From a virus: 64,000 nt of DNA. Below are positions 48,007 through 58,527 of the stretch, piece by piece. The notes beneath the pieces were generated by a model, which ran no database searches, had not been told where the DNA came from, and saw only the letters and a program-made list of their open reading frames with translations. The stretch is taken from the IMG/VR virus record IMGVR_UViG_3300029258_003546, positions 1 to 64,000 of that record, one strand, 5' to 3'. The number at the start of each line of letters is the position of its first letter. Position 1 is the stretch's first letter. The position numbers and the translations under genes are program-made.

Positions 48007-49106
48007 GCAAGTTCCTCGATAACCTGTCCGGAAAGGCCCTAGATCAGATGGCGGACAGGGTCACCAACTACGAAGCTATTAGAGAAGGAATGGGCGGTAT
48101 CGCCCTTCCTTCTCTCGCTCTTCAATGGTTATTCGATGCCAACGTCTTCTTGGTTCGCACCATATACTGCCTGGCCGGTCAGCCTAGATCTCTAAAATCT
48201 GCGTTTCTCTTTGAGCTGATGCGTTTACATCTGGCTAACCAGTTTCCAGCTGTGTTGCTGGAAACCGAGGGCAAGATCAGCCCCACATTGGTGGGCTCTC
48301 TGCTGGGAGACGCGGCAGGTCAGATCGAAATCATTAAATGCATGTCACTGGAGCAGGCTGAAGCCGCTATCACACTATGTGTTCAGCTGGCTGCCAAGAA
48401 ACCTGAAGTTAGCAAGGGACTGATTATCGGCCTGGACAGTTTGCAAGGACGCGTCTCAGACGAGACCAGCTCGAAGCTGCGTAAAGAAGGCCACATCGGA
48501 CGCAGCTTCTCGGTCGAGGCGTTGTCGCTGTCGAAATTTTGGCCTGCTGCCAGCGCTATGCTGGAGAAGACAGAAGCTAGCTTGGTATACACCTCGCATC
48601 TGTCCGTTGCCGGGCAGGATTATCGAGGCAATACGATTTACAATACGCCAGGAGGTATGAAGAAAGGGTATATGCAAGCTCAGGAGCTACGTTTCAAGCG
48701 TGTAGGCGGCGAGAAGTTTTCTTCACGCTCCGGCCGTGCTTCCATACACATAGAGATCAAGAACTACAAAAACTCGTATGGAGCTGACGGCAGATCAATG
48801 CTGGCATTCCTGGACTACACACCCGATTCTGATAGTCCCAATCAACAGCGGTCAAGTTTCAACTGGGCCAGATCGGACGGGCACTTGCTGTTGGATCTGT
48901 ACACCCGTTTCGGCATTGCTGATATTTTGCAGATGAAGCGCAGCAGTGATGAACGCAAGTTGAAATCAGAGCGGCTAGGCATTGCTACGTTCGTAGATCC
49001 GGAAGAGGTAGGCAGAAAGCTACAGGAAAATAAAGAAGTTGCCGAGGAGGTGCGACGGGCTTTGACAATCAAGGAGTATCAGGTCTTCAGTGGCGAGGAC
49101 GGCTAG
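48003..49106 (+). CDS. RecA/UvsX-like recombinase
   Basis: G.P.S.KS, LETEG, LDSL, TPGG, KN motifs. Confidence 0.75.
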   Translation: MSKFLDNLSGKALDQMADRVTNYEAIREGMGGIALPSLALQWLFDANVFLVRTIYCLAGQPRSLKSAFLFELMRLHLANQFPAVLLETEGKISPTLVGSLLGDAAGQIEIIKCMSLEQAEAAITLCVQLAAKKPEVSKGLIIGLDSLQGRVSDETSSKLRKEGHIGRSFSVEALSLSKFWPAASAMLEKTEASLVYTSHLSVAGQDYRGNTIYNTPGGMKKGYMQAQELRFKRVGGEKFSSRSGRASIHIEIKNYKNSYGADGRSMLAFLDYTPDSDSPNQQRSSFNWARSDGHLLLDLYTRFGIADILQMKRSSDERKLKSERLGIATFVDPEEVGRKLQENKEVAEEVRRALTIKEYQVFSGEDG

Positions 49107-49108
49107 AA

Positions 49109-49612
49109 ATGTCAAAATCTCTAGGTTTCTACGGTGAGACCACCAAGGCGCTTCGCGGCACCCGCAAGAATCGTTGGGAGCAGGCGTTGCTGAAGCTTGT
49201 TCCGCCTCAATGGAGAGACTTCGATACCATAGAGGAATGTACGGACTCATACACCAGCGTCGTGTTGATGCTCTTGGATTACGAGGTGAAACCTGCGTTT
49301 GTACGCAACCTGTTAAGCGGGACGCGTGCTAAGACTACCAAGCAATATGCAAAGCTGTGGAAGAAGATGCTCGACGTGATGAGCGCTTGGACCCGTCATC
49401 GTACTCTCGGGTTCATAGTGCACGTTTCGGGCAATGGGTTTCTGGCGCTGTTGCCAGACTACACCGCTCAAGGATGCATATACGCAGACATATGGAGAAT
49501 CGGCGGTAAGATGGTTTTTGCTAGTCCTAGCAATTTTCCAGATGACTGTCCTACGATGGAATTAGTAGACGCCAAAAATCTACTACAGGACCTTAACTGG
49601 AGATACCAGTAA
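49109..49612 (+). CDS. Hypothetical protein
   Basis: ORF in operon. Confidence 0.6.
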   Translation: MSKSLGFYGETTKALRGTRKNRWEQALLKLVPPQWRDFDTIEECTDSYTSVVLMLLDYEVKPAFVRNLLSGTRAKTTKQYAKLWKKMLDVMSAWTRHRTLGFIVHVSGNGFLALLPDYTAQGCIYADIWRIGGKMVFASPSNFPDDCPTMELVDAKNLLQDLNWRYQ

Positions 49613-50437
49613 ATGCCTGACGAACAAGAAGAACAGACGGAACAGGCTGCTCAGGAAGAGCAGCTGCCGCAGGAAACCGAGGCAAGATACTCGCTACCGG
49701 TAGAAGATTATGACGATCTGGTAGGACGCTTTGCCAAGCTGTACGCAGAAACCGACGAAATGGTAGCTGACAGCTTATTCGAGCTTGGCAAGTTGGTAGA
49801 TGAATTCCATGCTAATAATTTCAAGTACGGAAAAAGGACATTGCAGGATCTTGCTGCCAGGCTGACAGAGCTGCGCGGAACTGAGATCAAAGAGCGTCAG
49901 CTTCGCAGTGCCATGAGCGTATTCCGTCGTTATCGTTTTGACGACGGAAAGGAATGGATCATAGATCCCAGAGTTCGGGCAGTTCTACGAGGCAGGCTGG
50001 GCCGTACGGCCGTTATTCGCGGCCTGCCGTACGAATCGCGTATCGACGTGTTGGAACTGGCTGAAAAGCATGGTGTTAACTCGGACGATATTCCTGCGTT
50101 GGGGTTGTGTGCAGACAAATACGGCATAGTCTACGTGCGACAGCTGTTCGTCGACAACGATGTCGCTACCGCCGTAAGCATTTTGCGCTCCAAGTTCCAG
50201 GAAATGAAGAGCAAGGGCAAGTCGAAAGCTGGCTCCACGCGCAAGCACGCGCCTGTAGAGTACTTCTCTAGCGTTATCCAGATAACAATGAAGCTATACA
50301 GCAAGCTCGAATCGTTTAACAAGGTGCGTGAAGAGACGGTACACGCCAAAGATCAAGATCTGCTGCTCGATTGTGGTAAGCAGCTGCAGCGTCTTCGCGG
50401 CCGTTTAAGCACCATTATCGAGGAAACAGGAGTGTAA
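49613..50437 (+). CDS. Hypothetical protein
   Basis: ORF in operon, GGAG RBS. Confidence 0.65.
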   Translation: MPDEQEEQTEQAAQEEQLPQETEARYSLPVEDYDDLVGRFAKLYAETDEMVADSLFELGKLVDEFHANNFKYGKRTLQDLAARLTELRGTEIKERQLRSAMSVFRRYRFDDGKEWIIDPRVRAVLRGRLGRTAVIRGLPYESRIDVLELAEKHGVNSDDIPALGLCADKYGIVYVRQLFVDNDVATAVSILRSKFQEMKSKGKSKAGSTRKHAPVEYFSSVIQITMKLYSKLESFNKVREETVHAKDQDLLLDCGKQLQRLRGRLSTIIEETGV

Positions 50438-50438
50438 T

Positions 50439-51113
50439 GTGGCCCTTGTAGTCAGACAAGCATTCCAGCCCGCTCCGCGCTGCGATGCAGACCCGTTCCG
50501 CGATCTGCTGAACGTCTTTCCTCCGCTGGTGGTACCGGTGATGGACAAGGACGACAAGGTTGCGGCGTGGAAGCAGGTAATGCAGGGAAACCTTCCTGCT
50601 AACCAGGTAAGCACACACGTAGAAGTAGCTCGTAAATGCTGGCAGAGACTTTTGGATTGGGCGGATTATTGTCGCAATTCTGTACGGGATACAACTCTTA
50701 CATCAGTGCATAACTACTCCAGTGCGCGCGATTTTGCCCGCCACTACCTTGAATGGTTCCGCAACGCTATAAACGATGACGTAGATAAGACAGAGCGGTT
50801 CGCGCTTCTACTAGCACTCGACAATGCGGTGGAGCACGCCGGCGAAGAGAGTGTGGACTTGATTACTGGGCCGACATTGTCATTCCGAACCGAGTTCAAG
50901 CCTGGCTGGCCGAGGCTGCGAGAGCCTGCTCAAGCAGCTGGTATGCTAGCTTTTACAGCTCTGCTGAACAAGTTCTTGGTATTCTGGGAAGACGCAACCC
51001 TGTATTCCAGGCCGCATGGAGGTATAAAGGAGCAACCGTGTCCACAACTGGTAGCATGGCTGGGAAAGACAACACAGTTTGGCATATCAGGCCCGGCGAT
51101 CCTGGAGCCGTAG
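50439..51113 (+). CDS. Hypothetical protein
   Basis: AGGAG RBS, GTG start. Confidence 0.6.
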   Translation: MALVVRQAFQPAPRCDADPFRDLLNVFPPLVVPVMDKDDKVAAWKQVMQGNLPANQVSTHVEVARKCWQRLLDWADYCRNSVRDTTLTSVHNYSSARDFARHYLEWFRNAINDDVDKTERFALLLALDNAVEHAGEESVDLITGPTLSFRTEFKPGWPRLREPAQAAGMLAFTALLNKFLVFWEDATLYSRPHGGIKEQPCPQLVAWLGKTTQFGISGPAILEP

Positions 51114-51236
51114 AGGCAATAGAGCTGCTCTGCAGAGCCATGAATAGAGCTATAATCAGCCCGCTCACATCCAACAGCAAGCGTCGCCGACTTCAAAATC
51201 GGCTCGTAGCCGCAAGCTGTTTCAGGAGGCTGGCAA

Positions 51237-51953
51237 TTGAAGAGCGTACGTTGGCTCAGGAGCAGAGTCAGAAACAGCAGAGTAGCAAAATTGTGGGGCA
51301 CACCTCTCGATGATCACGGCATAGAAAAGATAGCCGACGCATTCGGCGGAGATCCAAAAGCGGTGCAATCTACTATCAGGTTGCACCGCTTTTATTTTGG
51401 TTCATCCTTTACCCCGCAGATGGCTCTTATGCTATTTGCAAACAGAGACCGGCTTATGAGCGGACAGATAGTGCCTGAAATTACGCCGTCACCAACAGAG
51501 ACCACCTTGATGGATATAGAGACGTCCACGCTCATGGACAGGTCGGTCGTACTACAGGGACATCTGATGTCCGGGCCGTCGGCGGCAAGACGCGGACGGA
51601 CAGTTATAAGCTCTATCAGCTCCAAGATAGGATGGACACTGTGGGTAGGTCGGACTATCCCGTATTACCATCCTCTGGAGCTGACAAACCTGGTAGTGGC
51701 AGTACTTTGGGACAGAATTGGCAGACCGGTGGAGCTGTTAGCTTCCGACAGGCAGAACAACAGAAGGTATATTTCCGAGCAGCGCAGATTGAGTGACGTC
51801 TGCGGCAAATCGGATCTGTGTATTTTTTGTGAGTATCTAGGAGACTGCGATAAATCTCCATACAAGCTGAAAGAGGGAGTATGCTTTGGTTGCGGCAGTC
51901 AGAAGGTGCACAGCTCCGGATACTGCCCCGTATGCGAAAGGGATAGGTTTTGA
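51237..51953 (+). CDS. Hypothetical protein with C-terminal Cys clusters
   Basis: AGGAGG RBS; several CxxC motifs. Confidence 0.6.
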   Translation: MKSVRWLRSRVRNSRVAKLWGTPLDDHGIEKIADAFGGDPKAVQSTIRLHRFYFGSSFTPQMALMLFANRDRLMSGQIVPEITPSPTETTLMDIETSTLMDRSVVLQGHLMSGPSAARRGRTVISSISSKIGWTLWVGRTIPYYHPLELTNLVVAVLWDRIGRPVELLASDRQNNRRYISEQRRLSDVCGKSDLCIFCEYLGDCDKSPYKLKEGVCFGCGSQKVHSSGYCPVCERDRF

Positions 51954-52173
51954 ATACAGCAGAAAAGCAGTGGAAGTGCAGGCGGTGTCGGAAAGTATTT
52001 TCCGACCACAAACAAGCGTTTGCTCATATCTGCCAGAACGGCAAGCGAGCGCATCCGAGCGCGGTTATCGCGTGCGCCAGACGTGCTAGGTCTAAATCCA
52101 GGCCTAGACCCAGGTCAACACGGCCGTAGCACTTGTGTCTGCATCAGGGCACGTTTCCATGAAAGGAGAACGC

Positions 52174-53076
52174 ATGAATTTAGACAGGAAAGTTCGTGTC
52201 GGACTGTACGTGGAGGGAGCTGCCTCAGAAGAGCTTCCGCTCATAGGCGCGCCGTCGGATGTACGCGTCATCACGTCAGAGGAGAACGCCAACGTCGAGG
52301 GCGTACGAATCCGGACGTTCTACTGTGACGTGTACGAGCAGCGCCGGGCCATGCAGCTGGGCGGCCACAATGTACAAGGCAGAAAGAAGGAGGATCTGCC
52401 GTACCTCTGCGGCGAAGACGTATCGTTCGACGGCTTGTCAGAGCTGGCGCGTACTCAGCCTGACCAGTACGCTCGCCTCTATGATGAGGCGAAGAAGCTG
52501 TTGGAAGTGGAAGAGCTGCCTCTGGAAAACATGGCAGAAGTGGTGATGCCTTTTGCTACATTCTTCGTACCGGGCGCATCTGCCGTTACGATGTCCATGC
52601 TGGACGATCAAACAGTGGCAGAATACATCACTTTCCACTACAGGCAGTGCTGGGACGATTTGATCAGCCCGATAATAGGACAGAGCGGCCTGCCGTTACC
52701 GGGTCGCAACATCGACCCGCGGCTGCTGATCAACCATGATTGCTGGAATACGGAGGATGAAACCAGCATCAAGGGCTGGGCCTTCGAACGCCTGATGCAG
52801 AACATTCCGGCCAGGCCGAAAGTGCTGTATGCGCCAATGGCGTTTGTCAGGCGTAACATCTCATTGGCCGAGAAATTCCTGCTGATCAAGTGTAACAGGT
52901 TCGAAACGTGGCACAGCGCAAGACTTGGCCGTGTCCTCAATTTCGGCCTGCAGTGGGATTTCCAGACCGTGCCTCGGAATGTGGGGCGTGATCAGGGCTA
53001 CTACGGTCGTCCAAATCGTTACCAACATCCCAGGCAACGGACGTACCGGCGGTGGGACTCTCATCCTCGCAGGTAG
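52174..53076 (+). CDS. Hypothetical protein
   Basis: AAGGAG RBS. Confidence 0.65.
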   Translation: MNLDRKVRVGLYVEGAASEELPLIGAPSDVRVITSEENANVEGVRIRTFYCDVYEQRRAMQLGGHNVQGRKKEDLPYLCGEDVSFDGLSELARTQPDQYARLYDEAKKLLEVEELPLENMAEVVMPFATFFVPGASAVTMSMLDDQTVAEYITFHYRQCWDDLISPIIGQSGLPLPGRNIDPRLLINHDCWNTEDETSIKGWAFERLMQNIPARPKVLYAPMAFVRRNISLAEKFLLIKCNRFETWHSARLGRVLNFGLQWDFQTVPRNVGRDQGYYGRPNRYQHPRQRTYRRWDSHPRR

Positions 53077-53112
53077 ACGCTCTCAGAGGCTGCTGACGGC
53101 ACGAAGTGAATG

Positions 53113-53183
53113 AAAGGTGCCAGGACACCTGCAGGACCGCCTTTGTCTCTCTGGCGCGTTCCTGCAGGTGCTCTGGCGACTTT
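53113..53183 (+). terminator. Long hairpin
   Basis: aaaggtgccagg.cacctgcagga / tcctgcaggtgctctggcgacttt. Confidence 0.5.
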
Positions 53184-54715
53184 GATAGGAGGTAACCAGG
53201 ATGGCCAACGTGATCCCAGGCCCGCATTTTGTATCTTTCAATAGCAGGTACTGCAAAGAAGCGAGCGTTATCGCTAGACGAGAAGGAGACAGGACTCACG
53301 CAAGTCATTCTAGCTCGCGGAGAAGGAGGAGCAGGTGTTCCAGCACTTGCGTCCAATACTCTAGCGGCGGCGCCTATTCAATACGCCTCTTTTCCCTGGC
53401 CGGTGCAGGCCGAGTCTGGTCTGTTGCTGCCTCTTCAGCCGCCGGACAGTGTACAAACTGGTATCATTCTTCTATTACAGCAGGCGTGATTCGCTCCGTA
53501 GAATAGCGGAATGGCTAATGGAACAGGAGAACAAGCGTGATCTCAGGAGCATTTTTAGTTCTCAGGGCCAGGTGTCGATTCGGCAAAGAAGCGAGCGCTA
53601 TCGTTAGCCGGCCTCTTTTCTCGAACTGACAGGTTACGCGTGAGCCAAGCTCACAGTCTACACGGCCGTCGTCGTGCCGGTTCGAACACCTGGTGGAGAT
53701 AATTCAATGTACGCATCAGCGATGTTGAGACGTTGTTGTTTTACCAGAGGCACCAGCTTCTGCAATGCCAAGCTTGGGCGCAGGCTTGGAAGCCATTGCG
53801 GATTGTACGATACCGATACGCACAAGATCGCATCGTATGTGCCGACGGGTCTAGGCAGATCTTATCAGTTATCCAGATTCTCTATTGCAGCATACAAAAT
53901 CACATCGCGGCCTAATCTGAGCCGCACCTCGACCGGCTATGCATCAAGGTCGTTCACCCAGAGCACGCCAATTTCCTTTTGCTGAAAAGCAAAAGATCGG
54001 CGAACCTACACGTGCAAAGGAGGTCGGAATGGTTGCTGCTGCGCTGGGAGCCTGCGTACATCGAAAGGCGACACGGAATACAAGTCTGCGACGCCGTTTT
54101 GGCTTATCGACGGGATGGGTGGTTTATAAGAGCTCCGTCAGTACCAGAGCAGGCAAGCGTCTAATCAGCTCGGCAGTACGGTACGATTTCGGCCACACAA
54201 CGGCTTTGCTTAGGCGGTCTGTTTCACAACACAGATCATGTACGGCCGGCCCCAGGGCCAGCCATTCAACGACCTGGTATCGGCCCTACTCAGCATGAAA
54301 TGTACGACCGAGCTCGTTCTGCATGGTGTCGAGACAGCGTTGATTTTGCCAGGACTAGCAAAGTTCGGGTCGGCAGAGAGGTGGGTGTCATGGTCGTAGC
54401 TGCAATGAGTACAGCTGCTCGAATCTTTGATTTCAATATCAGTCACTGCTCGGCTCTACAAAAGAGCATAGTGCCGAAGAGTGGATGCTCTGGCGGGCAG
54501 GGTTGGTCTGGTATTTCGGCATCGTCTTGTAAAGCTTCCAGTCGAGTAGTTTACCTCACCACTAGGTTTCACTCTGAAACCGCGTATGTGAGACTGGGAT
54601 TGGCCTCTAGGCTAGTGCGTTTCCAAATCAACTTTTCATCAACTCGGTCGAGTACGGGATATCGCACTGTTTCTATCTCGCCACATTATCATATCCTGTC
54701 TCAATCTCAAGATTC

Positions 54716-55092
54716 TTGCTAGGACTAGCAAATTCTCAATTCTTCGGGGGCAGAAGATGGATTTCTCCCTGATTCTCCCTGATTTGTACTATTTATTCTT
54801 ACGCATGCGCCTACGCGTACTATAAAATCACCGGCGTCGTACCGAAATTTATTGGCATAAAACTGGCCTGTTTTCAGGTGGGTCATATAATACCCCCTAT
54901 AGGGGGTATTATATGAGGTTTCCCTGCGTTACAAATACATACCGCTCGAAAACCCCCACCTCATAAACCCCCCTATAGGGGGGTTTATGAGGTGAAACTG
55001 TCCAAAATCAGGCATCTGACAATTTTTGTGTGGTTCGGCCATTCTGCTGCTTGATTTTGGCTCATTTGGGCCAGTTTGCTAGGACTAGCAAA
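54716..55092. other. Putative replication origin
   Basis: AT-rich gene-free gap bounded by two TTGCTAGGACTAGCAA copies; perfect palindromes at 54883-54916 and 54957-54994; ttctccctga tandem repeat. Confidence 0.55.
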
Positions 55093-55103
55093 ATAGGAGA
55101 GGA

Positions 55104-57390
55104 GTGGTTGTTGTGCAAATCTTAGGGTGCTCGAAGCCGCCCTCGCGTTCGACGTCCAAATCGCGCGGAAGCGATTTTAGATCGTACAACAGATCGTTGG
55201 CTCAGAGTCGCCTCGCGTTTCCAGTGCTCCGCGGTAACGGCTACTCTTTCGGCAAGGCAAGATCGTGGACGAACGTGGCGAAAGGTGCTGCTTACTATTT
55301 CAGGTCTTGCATATCTTGCACACAGAGCTGCTACGAGTCGTACGAAACTAGAAGGGAGTAACAGCATGCAGATTTTTGGAGTGCGGCATGGAGAGCGTCG
55401 GCCTCCATGCGCAAGCGGAATCAAGCGTGAGCGATCAGGTCGTTGTTTTAGCTATGCAAAGTATATTCACACTTCTAGTGGTGGTGGTGCGTTCCCACGC
55501 AGCGCCTGGTCGTCTGCTGTGCACGATGCTCGCGGACGTACATTGCATGAGTCGTCGTCCGGGTGCGCGGGTAGTGGTGGTGATCCACTACGTGCGGGTG
55601 TCAGCTCACGTATTCTTGGCGTATACTGTTCGTACACAAAGGATCCTCCTTCGTTTGGCCGCTACCGTGTAGCCAGAGTCTGATTTCAAATTCAGCCAGG
55701 TATGGAGTACGTCAGCATGATTTTGCTTGGACGTGTATCGGCAGCGTATATGAATTATGAAGGTCACACCTCGACATTTTGTAGCGGCTGGTCGAGCTGC
55801 CGTCTGAACACCTGCTCGTGGTGCGCCTGGAGCCGGCATTCGGCGGCTCAAAGTTCCAGCGGATACAGACGTGGAAGGCTTTTCTATACGTACAGGCGCG
55901 CTTCGGCCTCAGCTGCAGAGTCAGGACGCAGGATGTGTCAGGCTTCTGCGAATTCCTAGTAGGAAGAGTTCGGTAGGTGGAGACAGCGCATGAATGCGTG
56001 TGTTGCCGTTGTTGGGCGTTCGGATTGGCGTTATGTACGTTTGCATAGCTGGAGAAGGTATTTGTCGGGCGCGAACAAAGTAAGCCGGATCTATGAGTGG
56101 TACAAGGACACACACTGTAGGCGTTCGTCAGCGGATTGCGCATACGCGTCTAAGAGCGGCGGCTCTGCCTGGTCTTCTACGCAGGAGCTGCAGTGTTCAG
56201 GGTTACTAGGTGAGTAAAATGATCCCGATTGTTCCGAGGATGGTTTGTCAATTAGGATCTTTTGTTAACGGGTACAGAGTTGTTAGTTTTACCGGTGCCC
56301 GGAGCAAGAAATATCTTATCCAGTCTACCAGTGCGTGTGGTGCGTACAAATACGTGGATCACTCTACAGAATCAGCAGATTACAGGTGGTAGAGGGGGTT
56401 GCGATGTGTCGTCACCGGAGGAGCTTCAGATGATCGCATTGCTGGCGGGTTTTCACAGCAAGTCGATTTACGAGACGTCGTTACGCGTTTCCAGCACAGA
56501 CACGTTGTTCGGATCAACGTCTTGGTTTTATTACAGGTCTGGTTCTCGCATGGCTGCCGGGGAGCTAAGGCATTTATCACTGTCCGGCCTGCAATCCAGG
56601 CCGCCTATTTTCAAATCTCGGTCATACGGGCGTGCGTATTCAAACTGAGCAGGGTTTGGAGAGTGTTGTGTTTAATACAGCGATGTTGTTTAACAGGCGA
56701 CAGGTGGGTCGGTCAAGATCATACGGATGGTGTGATAGTGGGATACAAAGAGATATACGAACCTGGGGTTCCGGCGCCACGACTAGAACTGACAGCCACA
56801 AAATACGGTCCCGATCCTTTGGTCGAGTACGAGGACAGTTTTACGTCTATGCGATACCTACTTCTACATCTCGTTCTAACTATAGGGGCAAAAATAGGGC
56901 TGTGTACAGCAGCCGGGTGTCGCGGTGAGGTGCTAGGATGAATGCTGTTATGTTGAAGCATACTGGTCATGCGTTGTGGCGTGTCAGTACGTCAAGGCAC
57001 TGTGCTGTCAGCGCCAGGCGGTCGTACGTTTGTCTAGACTATGGTACGCATTACGGAGGACTTATAGCTCGGTTCTCAGTGTCGGTGACTTGTAGCGGAA
57101 CGTGGCCTTTTTTCAGATCGATAGGTGCTACGTACGGGTGCTCTTTTGCTGACATGTCCATGATGCAGCTGTGAGCTGACAAGGAGGCCCGCATGCTTTT
57201 GTTCAACAGGACGAATGTGATTACTACCAGGCTAGTCATAAGCCAGAACTTGAACTACGAGTCTACTAGCGGCGGTCAATCATGTTTGTGCGACTATAGT
57301 TGTTCTGAAGATGGCAGGCTTCATGGTGTTGTGTGCAGCAGAAGCTGTACAGGCGACGGCACTCGTCACTGGATATCGGTTGATGGCTGA
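55104..57390 (+). other. Cluster of nine Ser/Arg/Cys-rich small ORFs
   Basis: 55104-55361, 55366-55683, 55702-55959, 55990-56217, 56219-56392, 56429-56648, 56671-56928, 56938-57174, 57193-57390. Confidence 0.5.
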
Positions 57391-57451
57391 GTACATAGGA
57401 TGACGATGACTGGTGTTGCTAGGACTAGCAAATTTAGTGAGAGGATGTTCA

Positions 57452-58039
57452 ATGCGTTCAGACGATCTGGACCCAAACAAGACGTTTGAGGTGGTAGAAT
57501 TGCGCGAGAATGATCCTATTTTGGACGTAGACAGCGGAATAGGCAGGGATCCATTTGAGCGCGAGCGGTCTGAGCCGGATGTGTCAGGCAGGCCTGTCAG
57601 GTCTGTCAGGTCTGCTGGTGCTCCTGATAAGGAGCCTGAGCAGAAGCTGGAAAGTACACCGGAGCCAGAGGTTCCTCCGGCATCTAGGTCGGTGAGTGAG
57701 AAGGAACATATGCAGATAACATTTGTCAAACCGGTGCTGGGTGCGGTGACGGTCGAATGTGCTCAGATGATAGTACATGATCTGTTCGTGGTGGTTGTAT
57801 ACGATGCGAGCTGTCCTTCCAGGTGGATACCTGAAGCCGCCACTACTAGAGAGCAGGCCGAGTCGGCTGGTATGTCAGAAGCTGTGTTTGCGATTGTCAA
57901 TGCTCCTTATACGCTAAAGTTTACTCCTGCTGATGCGGATGAGCAGACGCTACAGGTTGTGCATGTGGGAATCTCATTTCGTCTAGAGGCCGGTGACGGC
58001 GAATTGGAGCTGTTGGTTTTACCGCGGGTGCTGACATGA
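57452..58039 (+). CDS. Hypothetical protein
   Basis: GAGG RBS; a palindrome copy lies upstream at 57416-57431. Confidence 0.6.
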   Translation: MRSDDLDPNKTFEVVELRENDPILDVDSGIGRDPFERERSEPDVSGRPVRSVRSAGAPDKEPEQKLESTPEPEVPPASRSVSEKEHMQITFVKPVLGAVTVECAQMIVHDLFVVVVYDASCPSRWIPEAATTREQAESAGMSEAVFAIVNAPYTLKFTPADADEQTLQVVHVGISFRLEAGDGELELLVLPRVLT

Positions 58040-58257
58040 ACATGGTGATCTTCTTGGAAGGCGGCGTGATTTCGTCGATTCTGGTGGATTCGGTGGAGCC
58101 GTTGGTTAACGTGTTGGTGTTAGATGCTGATATCATCGAGGATCCGGTGATAGTGGTTAACAGCCTGGAATACGGGTGTTACGAGATCGAATGCGCAGAC
58201 GAGGCTGTTGCCGTGAACGATGTATTCAACCTTTACTGGGAGGCTCGTGATGGCTAA
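58036..58257 (+). CDS. Small acidic protein (VI..EGG.I..I motif)
   Basis: ATGA-coupled ORF. Confidence 0.55.
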   Translation: MNMVIFLEGGVISSILVDSVEPLVNVLVLDADIIEDPVIVVNSLEYGCYEIECADEAVAVNDVFNLYWEARDG

Positions 58258-58527
58258 GGCAAGCAAGGCCACAGGGAAGGCTGCCAGGGCGGTGAGGCGC
58301 ATTAGCCGCTTAATAGAGTTTGATCGAGTGTTGACGGCTTATAAGGCCGATTCTAAATATCAGGTCTACTTGGAGTTGACGTATGCTCCGGAAACGACAG
58401 CTTGCGAGTACGATGTAGCTAAATATTCAATCTGGTTGTGTACGGCTGACAGTGATGATATGCTGTACGACATGGCAAAACGCATGGAATCTCGTTTGGT
58501 CATAAACGGGAAGGACGTGACCGGAAT

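Noticed and set aside
17868-57390. Diversity-generating retroelement or RiPP explanation for the Ser-rich ORFs
   Set aside because: No reverse transcriptase, no TR/VR pair differing only at adenines, and no YcaO/LanM/SPASM maturase seen in this window. It cannot be excluded elsewhere in the genome.
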